From: Candidatus Aldehydirespirator sp.
GTDB lineage: Bacteria > Actinomycetota > Acidimicrobiia > Acidimicrobiales > Aldehydirespiratoraceae
Reading direction: 5' to 3'
DNA: 64,000 nucleotides
Assembly (NCBI GenBank): GCA_965248735.1
Contig: OZ252146.1
Span: forward strand, 2,276,154-2,340,153
Shown here: positions 1 through 12,066 of the stretch, in pieces
Layout of the letters: every line of letters begins with the position of its first letter
How positions within the stretch are numbered: the stretch's first letter is position 1
The notes under the pieces: model-generated
Database searches by the model: none
Seen by the model: only the letters and a program-made list of their open reading frames with translations
Told to the model about the DNA's origin: nothing
Program-made: the position numbers and the translations under genes

Positions 1-1
1 G

Positions 2-376
2 ATTCAGACGATCTGCGAATGGTTCCGCCGCTCGCTGCCCCGCTGGGAGGGGGCCGGCGTCGAGCGGAGCCGGCTGATCCTCGACCCGGGCACCGGGTTC
101 GGCCCGCCCGACTGGGAATGGGAGGACCGCTACCGGTACCAGAAGCGGGTCTACGAGAACCTCGACGCCCTGCGGGCCTTCGGTCTGCCCATCTACCTGC
201 CCCTGCCCTGGAAGCAGACCGCCCAGCACGACGAGCTGCTGGAGATCTGCATACGGTCCGGCTTCGACTACGGCCGCTGCCACCGCCCCGACCGCGTGAT
301 CGAGGCGATGCGGCGTGTGACGGCCGGCGACGGGCTCTGTGCGCCCGTGCCTGAGTCATCCGTAGCCGACAGGTAG
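2..376 (+). CDS. Pterin-binding (dihydropteroate-synthase-like) protein, C-terminal part; 5' end lies outside the window
   Basis: Frame 2 is open from the window edge to TAG at 374-376. The translation contains 'RLILDPGTGFGP', resembling the DPGxGF motif of pterin-binding barrels. It is absent from the ORF track because it has no Met. Confidence 0.4.
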   Translation: MQTICEWFRRSLPRWEGAGVERSRLILDPGTGFGPPDWEWEDRYRYQKRVYENLDALRAFGLPIYLPLPWKQTAQHDELLEICIRSGFDYGRCHRPDRVIEAMRRVTAGDGLCAPVPESSVADR

Positions 377-402
377 CCGGTCGCGGCCGAGGAGGAGCAG
401 GA

Positions 403-3267
403 ATGCCCGACCGCAGCCTGAGTCGATCCGGTGCCCCGGCGCCCTACGACGCCGTACGGGCGGCCGGGCCCGAAATCCTGGGCCGCAGCGTGCTGGTGTC
501 GCCCGGTCAGAGTCCGCCCGCACCGTGGGAGCGATGCCCCCGGCTGCCGGTGGGCACCGCATCGCCGGACGCGGCGACGGGGCGGCGGCTGCGATCGGCG
601 TGGCACGGCCGCGAGCGGCTGGTGATCGAAGTGGACGGGCCGCTGCCCGGCGCCGAGCCGGCGATGCAGAAGCCCTGGTGGGAATGGGGACCCGGCCTGA
701 CGCTGACCGACGAGATCTGGAATCACCTTCTGACCGCCAACGCCGTGGACGCACGGAATCCCGACCGGTTGCGCTTCGCTCCCCGACAGAGGGCTCTGAA
801 ACTCGGCGCCCGCGCCGCGGACGGCCAGCCGGGTGACGTCATATCGCCCGCCGGTGGTCCCGCCTGGTGCGACGGCGGTCCCCTGGACTCCTTCGACATC
901 GCCGAGATGCAGGGCGCGGCCCTGATCCCGGCCGCGAATCTTGCCGCCGGCGATCTCTCGGTCCTCGGGCACTGCGAGCCCGACGCCGACTTGGCCTCCG
1001 ACCAGCGGCTGGCGGTGGGCCATCTCGGGGGAGGGGCCTGCATCGTGGCCCCGGCCGGATCGGGAAAGACCCGGGTGCTCACCGAGCGGGCCCGCTGGCT
1101 CGTGCGGGACCTGGGCGTGGCCCCGGCCGCGGTGTGCCTGGTGGCCTACAACGTGAGGGCCCGAGCCGAGATGCAGGAGCGCACCGCCGACCTCGCCGGC
1201 CTGGAGGTGCGCACGCTCAACAGCCTGGCCCTGGCGGTGTGCAACGGCACCGGCCCCTTCACACGTCCCTCCCGCCATGGCCGGGTCGAGGTGATCGGCG
1301 AGCGGGAGGTGCGCGACCTGTTGCACGGGTTGGTGGGGGAGCGGGCGCCCCGCCGCCGGCGCCGGGCCATGACCGACCCGCTGGCGGCATGGGTGGAGGC
1401 CCTGAGCGCTTCCCGGCTGGGACTGCGGGACCCGGCTGACGTGGAGCGCGACTACGCCCCCGACGTTCAGGGCTTCACCGAGCTGGCCCCGGCCTATGCT
1501 GAGACGCTGGAGGAGCGCGGTGTCGTCGACTTCGACCATCAGATCGTGCGGGCTATCGACGTGCTGCTCACCGACCCTGCCGCCCGGGCCACAGCCCGCC
1601 GAGTGTGCGGCGTGCTGCTGGTGGACGAGTTCCAGGACTTCACGCCCGCTCACCTGTTGATGATCCGCCTGCTGGCTGGTCCGAGGTCCGAGGTCTTCGG
1701 CGTGGGCGACGACGACCAAACCATCTACGGGTACTCGGGCGCATCGCCACGCTGGCTGATCGAGTACGAGCGCTGGTTCCCTGGCGCGGCCCGCCATCTG
1801 CTTCATGTGAACTACCGATGCCCGCCCCCGGTCGTGGAAGCGGCCTCCAACCTGCTGTCGCACAACCGGCACCGCATCCCTAAGGACATCGTCGCCCGCC
1901 CCGGCCGTGCCAGTCGTGCTGAGGGCGTCCCCCGCGGCGCCGAAGACGCGGATGTCGATCGGGGCGAGTCCCGCCGCGCGGAGGCCTCGACTCTGGCAGG
2001 CGTCGCGGTGGAGGTGGTGGCCGACGGCGGCGCGGCTGTCGTGGAACGGGTCAGAGACCTGGTCGGCGGTGGCGCCGAGGGCAAGGACATCGCGGTGTTG
2101 GCCAGAGTCAACAGCACGCTGCTGGCACCGCAGATCTTGCTGTCGGAGGCCGGGATCGACTGCATGGCCCCGGTAGGCCCGTGGTTCCTGGAGCGCACCG
2201 GGGTGGCTGCCGCCCTGGCATGGTTGAGGCTGGCGACAGCCGGCTCGGCCCGGCTGCCCGCCGGTGCGCTGGCCACCGCGGCCCGCCGCCCGCCCCGGGG
2301 CATCTCGCCGCGGGTGATCGAATGGATCGCCGAGCAGCACAATGTGGGTGCGCTCAGGAGGCTGGCGGGCCGGATCTCCGACGAGCGGACCGCGGAGCGG
2401 GTGTCGGACTTCGCTGACGACGTTGAGCGCTTGGGCGACATGGCCCGCGAGGGCGCCGACACTCTGCGCCTGCTGGAGGCGATCCAGCACGGCACCCAGC
2501 TAGGGGCCAGCCTCGATGAACGTCTCGACGCGTCGCGCCGCTCGGTGGACCGCTCCGCCCACGGCGACGATCTGCGGGCCCTGTTGTCGGTGGCGCCGCA
2601 CTGCGATGACCCTTCAGAGTTTGAGCACTGGCTGTCGCATCGCCTCACCGAGGGCCGCCGCGACGGTGACGAGGGCGACGCGCGGCCCGGCCGTCCGTCC
2701 TGGGGCCGGGGCGTGCGGCTGGCCACCGTGCACCGGGTCAAGGGCCTGGAGTGGCCCCACGTCATCGTCCTGTCGGCCACCGAGGGCTTGATGCCCCATC
2801 GCCTGGCCAGCGACATCGAGGAGGAGCGCCGCGTGTTCCACGTGGCCCTCACCCGCGGCTCGGAGTCGGTGGCGGTCATCGCCGACGGCCCCCGCTCCCC
2901 CTTCATTACCGAGATGTCCTGGCGGTCCAAGCTGGAACCTGCCGGCCTGCCCGCCGAGAGCCCTGCTCGTCCTCACCGCGCCGCACTAGCCAAGCCCGCT
3001 TCGCCAGCATCGAAGTCCCAGAGCCCTCCGATTGGCGAGGAGGCCGAACCCGAGGCCGCCGCGATGTTCGAACGCCTGCGCCAATGGCGCCTGGAACGCA
3101 GCAAGGCTGACGAGGTGCCGGCCTTCGTGGTCTTCTCCGATGCCACTCTCCGTGAGCTGGCCCGCCGCCGCCCCACCACCGACGAGGCCTTGCTGGCCGT
3201 GCCCGGCATAGGCCCGGCCAAACTCGCCGCCTACGGCGAAGCTCTCAAGCCCCTCCTGGCCCGCTAA
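403..3267 (+). CDS. UvrD/Rep/PcrA-family ATP-dependent DNA helicase with C-terminal HRDC-like domain
   Basis: 954-aa ORF. Walker A 'APAGSGKTRVL', 'LLVDEFQDFTP' (motif II), 'TVHRVKGLEWPHV' and 'RRVFHVALTRG' (motifs V/VI). C-terminus 'FERLRQWRLERSKADEVPAFVVFSDATLRELA...VPGIGPAKL' is HRDC-like. The true start may be downstream of 403. Confidence 0.85.
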   Translation: MPDRSLSRSGAPAPYDAVRAAGPEILGRSVLVSPGQSPPAPWERCPRLPVGTASPDAATGRRLRSAWHGRERLVIEVDGPLPGAEPAMQKPWWEWGPGLTLTDEIWNHLLTANAVDARNPDRLRFAPRQRALKLGARAADGQPGDVISPAGGPAWCDGGPLDSFDIAEMQGAALIPAANLAAGDLSVLGHCEPDADLASDQRLAVGHLGGGACIVAPAGSGKTRVLTERARWLVRDLGVAPAAVCLVAYNVRARAEMQERTADLAGLEVRTLNSLALAVCNGTGPFTRPSRHGRVEVIGEREVRDLLHGLVGERAPRRRRRAMTDPLAAWVEALSASRLGLRDPADVERDYAPDVQGFTELAPAYAETLEERGVVDFDHQIVRAIDVLLTDPAARATARRVCGVLLVDEFQDFTPAHLLMIRLLAGPRSEVFGVGDDDQTIYGYSGASPRWLIEYERWFPGAARHLLHVNYRCPPPVVEAASNLLSHNRHRIPKDIVARPGRASRAEGVPRGAEDADVDRGESRRAEASTLAGVAVEVVADGGAAVVERVRDLVGGGAEGKDIAVLARVNSTLLAPQILLSEAGIDCMAPVGPWFLERTGVAAALAWLRLATAGSARLPAGALATAARRPPRGISPRVIEWIAEQHNVGALRRLAGRISDERTAERVSDFADDVERLGDMAREGADTLRLLEAIQHGTQLGASLDERLDASRRSVDRSAHGDDLRALLSVAPHCDDPSEFEHWLSHRLTEGRRDGDEGDARPGRPSWGRGVRLATVHRVKGLEWPHVIVLSATEGLMPHRLASDIEEERRVFHVALTRGSESVAVIADGPRSPFITEMSWRSKLEPAGLPAESPARPHRAALAKPASPASKSQSPPIGEEAEPEAAAMFERLRQWRLERSKADEVPAFVVFSDATLRELARRRPTTDEALLAVPGIGPAKLAAYGEALKPLLAR

Positions 3268-3271
3268 CGGC

Positions 3272-4144
3272 TCAGAGGGCGGGCGAATGGGCGGGATCGG
3301 GTCGGTCCGCGTGTTCGCCGCCTAGGTCGTGATAGATGGTGAAGCAGGAGATGCTGAACAGCATCTCCGGGAACACGCTCACGACGACGGCGACCACGCT
3401 CTCCAGAGGGGCGGCGAATATACCGAGGAACTCTGCGAACAGTGACAGCACTATCGAAGCGATGACGTACAGGACGCCGACCAGGGCGAATCGGCCGAAG
3501 GTCGCCCAGTACGAGCCCCTCAGCAGGTTTCGGGCATAGGGCAACGACGGTTCGACCGGACCCACGGCCGCGGTCATCACGGCCACCAGCACCAGCGGCG
3601 CCGCGCCGACCATCGCCACCAGAAGGGTCAGGCACAACACCACGCCGAGAACTGCCCCCAGCACCCTCGACCACAGGCTGAGCAGTCCGACCGCCAGCAA
3701 CCCCGCGAACCAGATCGACAGGAGCATCAGGACCACACCGAGAACACGAGGCAGGCGGCGCAGCCCGTTGAGCAGGGATGCCGCGGCTCCGGCCGGCCGG
3801 TGGTCGAGTCGCCGCACCGTCAGCTTCCCGAACGAGGCGAACTCGACGATGTTGGCCGCGGCAGCAACGAGCACCCCCGCGGCCATGAGCGCCACGCCGG
3901 TGGCCACGGTGCCTGCACCCAGATTGCTGAGCCGGTCCTTCAGCATGTCCCAGTTGTCGTTCAGAACAGCTTGGAAGTCCTCGCCGTCGGCCTCGGGCTC
4001 AAGTATCGACAGCTCGTTGGCCAGCACCTCGAGCGTGTCGCCGAACACCCGGTCGTATCCGATAGCGACGACCTGCTCGCCGGCAAGGTAGACGACGACG
4101 ATCACCGCCCAGATGACGAGCAGCGGCCGCCAGTTGGCGGCCAT
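3272..4144 (-). pseudogene. 3' (polytopic membrane) portion of a DUF2510-membrane protein gene split by IS insertion
   Basis: 290-aa strongly hydrophobic ORF. After removing 4169-6426 it is in frame with the DUF2510 N-terminus at 6427-6561 (...GHRPVGALLSGTWRL-MAANWRPLLV...). Confidence 0.7.
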
Positions 4145-4160
4145 CAGCCTCCATGTGCCG

Positions 4161-4168
4161 CTAAGTAG
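4161..4168. repeat. 8-bp target-site duplication CTAAGTAG (left copy)
   Basis: Identical octamer directly abuts both terminal inverted repeats (4161-4168 and 6419-6426). Confidence 0.8.
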
Positions 4169-4245
4169 GGTGACTACTTACGGTTTTAGCCAAACCGCAG
4201 GTCACAGCACCTATTGATGTCACACCCCCCTGCAACAATAGGGGT

Positions 4246-5247
4246 ATGAGTACAGCGCACCAGATCATCAAGAACGGCATGAGCCTCGCAGGGTTCTTCC
4301 GCCGCTACCCCACCGACACCGAAGCCGAAACACAGTTCGAGGCTTGGCGCTGGCCCAACGGCACCGAATGCCCGCACTGCGACAGCGCTAACATCTCGGC
4401 CGTGGCCTCCCGCCAACCCCAGCCGTACCGCTGCCGCAAATGCCGCCGCCATTTCTCCTACAAGACCGACACCCCCATGCACTCCTCCAACCTTGGAGCC
4501 CAAACATGGCTGCTCGCTCTGCTGCTGATCGTCTCCAACCCCAAAGGCCGCTCATCGGTGCAGCTCGCCGCCGACTTGGGCATCACCCAGAAATCGGCTT
4601 GGCACCTGGGGCATCGCATCCGTGAAGCGCTCGCAGCCGGAACGCTGCCAGGCTTCGAAGGCCCCGTCGAAGTCGACGAGACGTTCATCGGCGGCAAAGC
4701 CCGCAATATGCACGCCAGCGTGCGGGCACGCCGGATCCACGGCCGCGGCGGGGTGGACAAGACGCCGGTGGTCGGCGTCAAAGACCGCGCCAGCAGCAAG
4801 GTGACGGCCCGCCCCACCGCTGACACCACCAGCGCCACACTAACCGCGATGGTCACCGACACGACCCGGCCCGGCTCGACGGTATTCACCGACGGCGACC
4901 GCGGCTACGACCCGCTCAAAGAGATGGGATACCTGCACGCCAAGGTCGCCCACAGCGCCGGCGAGTACGTCCGCGGCCCAGTCTCCACCAACGGCATCGA
5001 GAACTTCTGGAGCGGCCTCAAGCGCACCTACATCGGCACCTACCACTGGTGGTCAGATGAACACCTCCACCGCTACGTCGATGAGCACGCCTTCCGCTAC
5101 AACAACCGCGACCGCCACGTCACCGACCGCATGGCCGACGCGGCAGCCGCGATGCAAGGCCGTCGGCTGCCGTGGAGAGAGTTGACGGCCGCAGGCCGCG
5201 CACGGCTAGACTCCGAACAGATGGACGGAACAGGGGTGGACTGGTGA
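4246..5247 (+). CDS. IS1595-family transposase
   Basis: N-terminal zinc ribbon 'CPHCDS...YRCRKCRRHFS', then 'LGITQKSAWHLGHRIREA', 'VEVDETFIGGK' and 'TDGDRGY': the characteristic IS1595 (ISXO2-like) layout. Confidence 0.9.
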   Translation: MSTAHQIIKNGMSLAGFFRRYPTDTEAETQFEAWRWPNGTECPHCDSANISAVASRQPQPYRCRKCRRHFSYKTDTPMHSSNLGAQTWLLALLLIVSNPKGRSSVQLAADLGITQKSAWHLGHRIREALAAGTLPGFEGPVEVDETFIGGKARNMHASVRARRIHGRGGVDKTPVVGVKDRASSKVTARPTADTTSATLTAMVTDTTRPGSTVFTDGDRGYDPLKEMGYLHAKVAHSAGEYVRGPVSTNGIENFWSGLKRTYIGTYHWWSDEHLHRYVDEHAFRYNNRDRHVTDRMADAAAAMQGRRLPWRELTAAGRARLDSEQMDGTGVDW

Positions 5248-5429
5248 CGACCACAGAGGCTGTATCCCAAGCCGAGTTCGGAGCATTCAAGGGCGAGACC
5301 CGCAAGTATCAGAGCGGCCTTGCATCGGCAGTGGTGGAACTGCAAGATGGGCTGGCCGAGATGCAGACCGGGCTCACAAAGACGCGGAAGGCCGTAGACA
5401 AGATGGCCGACCTGCTCGACGATGCCTGA
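5244..5429 (+). CDS. Small hypothetical protein (passenger ORF, possible GTG start overlapping the transposase stop)
   Basis: The GTGA overlap with the transposase stop suggests coupling. 61-aa helical-looking product 'VTTTEAVSQAEFGAFKGETRKYQSG...'. No recognisable family. Confidence 0.3.
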   Translation: MTTTEAVSQAEFGAFKGETRKYQSGLASAVVELQDGLAEMQTGLTKTRKAVDKMADLLDDA

Positions 5430-5546
5430 ACCCGATCCTGAACCGTTCGCGGGTTTGCCGCTCGATGAGCCCCTCGTTGATGAGGAGACGTGGACCGAGG
5501 CGGGCAAGGCGCTAGTGGCGACGGTGCCCGTCGAGAACGACGACTC

Positions 5547-6068
5547 TTAGCAGTCGAATCCGAACTGGGCGAGGTCGGCGCGGCAGGTGCGGCGCATCTC
5601 GGCCAGCGCAGACTCAGCGGTAGCAGACCCTTGTCGCATGTCGCTGTAGGTGCCAGCGGCGCGGGCGTAGGAGCCGCACTCGGCTAGGAAGGCGTCCACT
5701 CTGTCGATGGCGACCTCTCCCAGCAGCATGGCGTTGTCATAATGCACCTGAGCGCCAGCCACATCAGCGACGGCGGCGCTCTGAGCGAACCAGTCGAGTT
5801 CCAACTGGACCAACCGGATGGTGTCCTGCATGTCGGCGAGGTCGTCGCTGCAACGGTCGAGACGGACCGTGGTGGCCGGTCGGGTGGTGGCGGTCGCGGG
5901 GCGCGGTGCGACGCTGGGATTGTCGGCGGGCTGGTTGAGCCACCAGCAGCCTCCCAGCAGCAGCGCCCCAATCACGATGACTGCTATCGCTTGACGCTGG
6001 CCGGCAGGGTCGCGGCCTGACGGCAGCGGCTCGAACCCCGGCGGCAACGGGGTCGCGGGCTTGGGCAT
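5547..6068 (-). CDS. Hypothetical membrane-anchored protein (passenger gene inside the IS)
   Basis: Trimmed to Met 'MPKPATPLPPGFEP'. Single TM 'AIAVIVIGALLLGGCWWL' followed by a Cys-containing helical ectodomain. No family recognised. Confidence 0.5.
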   Translation of the reverse strand: MPKPATPLPPGFEPLPSGRDPAGQRQAIAVIVIGALLLGGCWWLNQPADNPSVAPRPATATTRPATTVRLDRCSDDLADMQDTIRLVQLELDWFAQSAAVADVAGAQVHYDNAMLLGEVAIDRVDAFLAECGSYARAAGTYSDMRQGSATAESALAEMRRTCRADLAQFGFDC

Positions 6069-6418
6069 GGTGGCTCCCTCCGGTGCGGGTTGGGGTGTTG
6101 CTGCCAACAGACACCTGTGACCGGCCGAAGGGAGCCATGGCAAGCCCACCCGCGGATGATCCCGGTCACTGAAAGGGAGGCTGGCTAAAGCCTCCCGGTG
6201 TCTGTTGGCAACCGCCACCGTAGAGGGCGCGCGGCTGGCTTGGCAAGACCTGTAGACGGAGGGCCACAATGAGCAGTGCCAGAGTGCCCCTGCACGCTTT
6301 GGAGACCGGTCAGGGGTGCTCTCCTAGGCCACCCCTTGGGGAGAACCTTACGGGGCAGGCTAGCCGCAGGGTGCGGCGGGGACCAAGCCGACGATGGCTA
6401 GCACCGTAAGTAGTCACC

Positions 6419-6426
6419 CTAAGTAG
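6419..6426. repeat. 8-bp target-site duplication CTAAGTAG (right copy)
   Basis: Direct repeat of 4161-4168, immediately outside the right IR. Confidence 0.8.
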
Positions 6427-6561
6427 GGCTCCGACGGGGCGATGCCCGGAGGGGCTGATGTGGCGTGGGGCCCGGTGGTCGGTCCACCGCACGCCGTCCC
6501 AGTACCGGTACTCGGCAAAGTTCTCGGGATCGGTGTGCCAGCCGGGCGGCAGGTCGCTCAC
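6427..6561 (-). pseudogene. 5' portion (DUF2510 domain) of the IS-disrupted DUF2510-membrane protein gene
   Basis: 'MSDLPPGWHTDPENFAEYRYWDGVRWTDH' matches the GW(Y/H)xDP...RYWDGxxWT signature of DUF2510. The reading frame runs into the IS right end. Confidence 0.7.
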
Positions 6562-6634
6562 GCGCCGAACGGTACCCGCGCCCGATCAGGCTGTCAGAAG
6601 AATCTTCGGCCGCTGAGCCGAAGATTCTTCACGC

Positions 6635-7122
6635 TCAGGCGAAGGTCTCGTCGAGGGCCTGCACCAGGGTGTTCCACGACAACGTGGCGCACTTGATGCG
6701 CACCGGGAACTTGACCACCCCCCGCAGGGCCTCGAGGTCCCCGAGCTTCACATCGCCGGCGCCGTTGCCGCTGCCGGACTCGTCGTCGAGTTCGTCGTCT
6801 CGGCCGCCGATGCCGCTGCCGTGGATGGACATCATCTGCTTGAAGGCCCGCACCAGCCGGCGCACCTCCGACACCGTGCGGCCCTTGACCGCGGTGGACA
6901 TCATCGACGCGGAGGACTGGCTGATCGAGCACCCCTGCCCGCCCGTGGACACCTCGGTGATCACGCCGTCGCGAACCTCCAGGTAGACGACCACCTCATC
7001 GCCGCACAGCGGATTGAAGCCCACGGCGTGCACCGCGGGCGGCACCTCCAGCTCGCCGCGGTTGCGGGGGTTACGGTAGTGGTCGAGGATGATCTCGCGA
7101 TACAGGTCCTCCAGCCCGGCCA
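6635..7122 (-). CDS. sufU: SUF-system Fe-S cluster scaffold/sulfur acceptor SufU (NifU/IscU-like)
   Basis: Trimmed to 'MAGLEDLYREIILDHYRNPRN'. Conserved Cys motifs 'NPLCGD', 'GQGCSISQSSASMM' and 'RIKCATLSW'. Sits directly downstream of sufS. Confidence 0.85.
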
Positions 7123-7134
7123 TGGTCCCCTCCG

Positions 7135-9134
<2,000 letters not shown>

Positions 9135-9304
9135 GACCCGATCCTACGGCCCGACCGGTTCGGGCGCTACGGCCCGGCGGGCCGAGAGGGCAGGCGTGTG
9201 GCGGATCTAGCCGCCGGCGGCTAGATCGGAGCCTCCGCTGCCGCCCGAGGCTTCAGCAGTCCCGATAGTTTGGCGGCCACACTCGATCCGCAGGAGAGTC
9301 CCAC

Positions 9305-10420
9305 GTGAACTTCGCATTCACCGACGAGCAAGAACAGCTTCGAGACTTCGTCCGCAGCTTCCTGGAGGACAAGTCGCCCGAGTCCGCGGTGCGCGAGCAG
9401 ATGGACACCGAGCGGGGCTTCGACCCCGACGTCTGGGCGCAGATGTCAGAGCAGATGGGCCTGCCCGCCCTGACCATCCCCGAGGCCTACGGCGGCCAGG
9501 GCTTCACCCGCATCGAGCAGGTGGTCGTGCTCGAGGAGATGGGGCGGTCGCTGCTGTGCGCCCCCTACTTCTCCTCGGCGGTGATGGCCGCCAACACGCT
9601 GATGCTCTGCGGCGACGAGGCGGCCAAGCAGGCCCACCTGCCCGGCATCGCCTCGGGCGAGACGAGGGGGACGCTGGCCTTCACCGAGCAGAACGGCCGC
9701 TGGGACGAGCCTGGCACAACGATGGCCGCGACACCGGCGAACGGCTCGTGGCAGCTGGACGGCGTCAAGATGTACGTGCTCGACGGGCACACCGCCGACC
9801 TGGTGATCGTGGCGGCCCGCACCTCCGGGGGCGTCTCGCTGTTCACCGTCGATCCCGACGCCGCAGGGCTCACCCGCACCGCTCTGTCGACCATGGACCA
9901 GACCCGCAAGCAGGCCAAGCTCACGTTCGAGGGAGTGGAGGCCACGCTGATCGGCGAAGAGGGACAGGGGTGGCCGGTGCTGGAGACGGTGCTCGACCTC
10001 GCCGCGGTCGCCCTGGCGGCCGAGCAGGTGGGCGGGGCCCAGTGCTGCCTGGACATGTCGGTCGAGTACGCCAAGGTCCGCGTGCAGTTCGGACGGCCCA
10101 TCGGGTCGTTCCAGGCCATCAAGCACAAGTGCGCCGACATGCTCTTGGAGGTGGAGTCGGCCAAGTCCGCCGCCTACTACGCGGGCTGGTGCGCGGCCGA
10201 GATGAACGACGAGCTGACGCAGGTGGCATCGCTGGCCAAGAGCTACTGCTCGGAGGCCTACTTCCACGCCGCGGCCGAGAACATCCAGATACACGGCGGA
10301 ATCGGCTTCACCTGGGAGCACCCGGCCCACCTCTACTTCAAGCGGGCCAAGAGTTCCGAGCTCCTCTTCGGGGACCCCACCTACCACCGGGAGCTGCTCG
10401 CTCAGCGGATCGGCCTCTAG
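9305..10420 (+). CDS. Acyl-CoA dehydrogenase family protein
   Basis: 371 aa. 'AYGGQG', 'AAEQVGGAQCCLDMSVEYAKVRVQFGRPIGSFQAIKH' and 'IQIHGGIGFTWEH' are typical ACAD middle and C-terminal domain motifs. Confidence 0.85.
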   Translation: MNFAFTDEQEQLRDFVRSFLEDKSPESAVREQMDTERGFDPDVWAQMSEQMGLPALTIPEAYGGQGFTRIEQVVVLEEMGRSLLCAPYFSSAVMAANTLMLCGDEAAKQAHLPGIASGETRGTLAFTEQNGRWDEPGTTMAATPANGSWQLDGVKMYVLDGHTADLVIVAARTSGGVSLFTVDPDAAGLTRTALSTMDQTRKQAKLTFEGVEATLIGEEGQGWPVLETVLDLAAVALAAEQVGGAQCCLDMSVEYAKVRVQFGRPIGSFQAIKHKCADMLLEVESAKSAAYYAGWCAAEMNDELTQVASLAKSYCSEAYFHAAAENIQIHGGIGFTWEHPAHLYFKRAKSSELLFGDPTYHRELLAQRIGL

Positions 10421-10443
10421 CCCGGGCCGCAGCCGGGGACCCA

Positions 10444-10890
10444 ATGATCTGGCTGATAGTCGCCGTCGGCGCCGTCGCGGTGGTGGTCATCGCCTTCGTG
10501 GCGGTGGGAACCGCTGTCGGGCGACTGGAGAAGGAGACCGCCCCGGCGGTGTACCGGCTAGCCGAGGCGGTCGAGTACGTGGCCGACCACCTGCCCGATG
10601 AGGTAACCGCAAGGATCAGCTACGACGACGTTCGGGCGGTTCTCGGCTGGCACCTCGACTGGTTCGCGGCGGTCGGCCTGGCGACCTCGCACGGCCAGGA
10701 GCTGGGGGATCCCGCGGTGGCCGTCGACGAGATGGCCGTGGCCGACACCGACGGGGCCTGCGACGCTGTCGTGGCCCGGTCCCTGGCCGAGGGCGGGCCC
10801 GACCCGGTGGACGTGGTCTGCATCCTGGAGGCGCAGCTCTCCTACCTGGCTGAGATAGGCGCCCTCAGCGCAGGCGCGCCGCCCGCCTAG
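10444..10890 (+). CDS. Hypothetical N-terminally membrane-anchored protein
   Basis: ATG at 10444. 'MIWLIVAVGAVAVVVIAFVAVG' TM helix followed by an acidic soluble domain. Coding-like third-position G+C bias. Confidence 0.5.
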   Translation: MIWLIVAVGAVAVVVIAFVAVGTAVGRLEKETAPAVYRLAEAVEYVADHLPDEVTARISYDDVRAVLGWHLDWFAAVGLATSHGQELGDPAVAVDEMAVADTDGACDAVVARSLAEGGPDPVDVVCILEAQLSYLAEIGALSAGAPPA

Positions 10891-11226
10891 AGCACGCCAA
10901 CTGCCATCTGCACAAAGCGTGGCGCGACGGGTTGGCGTGTGCTTGACTGGTGTCACCAAGGAAAGGAGGTGGTCCAACTGAGTGCTAAACGCTTTGTGAC
11001 CTTGGAGGTGGCTGGCCGCTAGCTACGGCAAGCTGGACCGCCTGGCGAATCCCCGCCAGCTCCACCCCCGGACCCGAGTCGCCGGACCTAGTCACATCCG
11101 GCGCGGCATCAGCGACCGTCTCGACGCGTTGCCTGCCACAAAGCTCGACCGGGATTTCCGGCAATAATCGACCAGTGGGGCGGGCCTGACGGCTCGCCCC
11201 ACTGCGCGCCCGCACACCGCGTTACC

Positions 11227-12039
11227 GTGGCCCGGATGGAGGGCCGGTTCGTCGTCGACTCGAACGTGCTCACGGCTCATCTCGCCCGTCCTGCCCGCAA
11301 AGACTCCGCGGTGCAGCCGGCGGCGGTGATCGTCCATGGCTTCCCCACCGAGGCAGGGGGCGGCATCAACTCCACCCTGACCATGCCCGCCCTCGCGGAC
11401 TTGATCGCGGCCGAGACCGGCTTTGCCGCATTGACGTACGCGTCGAGGGGAGTGGCCGCCTCTGCGGGCGACTTCTCGCTCGACGGCTGGAGGCGCGACC
11501 TCGCCGGCGCGGTCGACTTCCTGGGCTCGGAGGTGAACTGCGACGGCGTCTGGATCATCGGCTTCGGAACCGGCGGCGCACTGGCTGTGGTGGTGGCCAG
11601 CCGCGACGAGCGGGTGCGGGGTGTGGCCGCGGTGGCCGCGCCGGCCGATTTCGAGGACTGGGCCCGCAACCCCCGCAAGCTGCTGGTGTGGGCCCGGGAG
11701 GTGGGGGTCGTGCGCGACCCGGAGTTCCCCCAGCGCTTCGACAGGTGGGCCGGCGAGATCCGGGCTGTGAGGGCCGTCGAGGCCGCGGAGTCGCTCGGTG
11801 ACCGGTCGCTGCTCGTTCTACACGGCAGCGATGACGAGACCGTGCCCGTGTTCGACGCACGCGTGCTCGCCGATGCGCATCCCGGTGCTGACTTGAGGAT
11901 CATCAGCGGGGCCGGCCACCATCTCCGTCACGACCCCCGGGCCGTCGCCGTACTGCTCGGATGGCTAGAGCGCCAGCGCCAGTCGCTACTGGCCTCGGTC
12001 GTCGGCACCGACGGGAACGGTCGCGCCGGTCGCCCCTAG
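11227..12039 (+). CDS. Alpha/beta-fold hydrolase
   Basis: 'VIVHGFP' oxyanion region, nucleophile-elbow-like 'IIGFGTGGA', 'LVLHGSDDETVP' and 'GAGHHL' near the C-terminus. Confidence 0.7.
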   Translation: MARMEGRFVVDSNVLTAHLARPARKDSAVQPAAVIVHGFPTEAGGGINSTLTMPALADLIAAETGFAALTYASRGVAASAGDFSLDGWRRDLAGAVDFLGSEVNCDGVWIIGFGTGGALAVVVASRDERVRGVAAVAAPADFEDWARNPRKLLVWAREVGVVRDPEFPQRFDRWAGEIRAVRAVEAAESLGDRSLLVLHGSDDETVPVFDARVLADAHPGADLRIISGAGHHLRHDPRAVAVLLGWLERQRQSLLASVVGTDGNGRAGRP

Positions 12040-12066
12040 CGTCTAGGCCGACGCTGCGCAGCCGCC

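Larger units (their letters stand above)
4169..6418 (+). mobile_element. IS1595-family insertion sequence (2250 bp) carrying passenger ORFs
   Basis: Perfect 16-bp terminal inverted repeats GGTGACTACTTACGGT (4169-4184) and ACCGTAAGTAGTCACC (6403-6418). They are flanked by the 8-bp direct repeat CTAAGTAG. The element encodes an IS1595-type transposase plus extra ORFs. Confidence 0.85.

Noticed and set aside
268-2490. 740-aa ORF antisense to the helicase gene, with many nested ORFs in 356-3221
   Set aside because: Typical high-G+C antisense or alternate-frame open frames. The product is Arg/Gly/Pro-rich low complexity with no motifs, and the opposite strand encodes a clear UvrD-family helicase.
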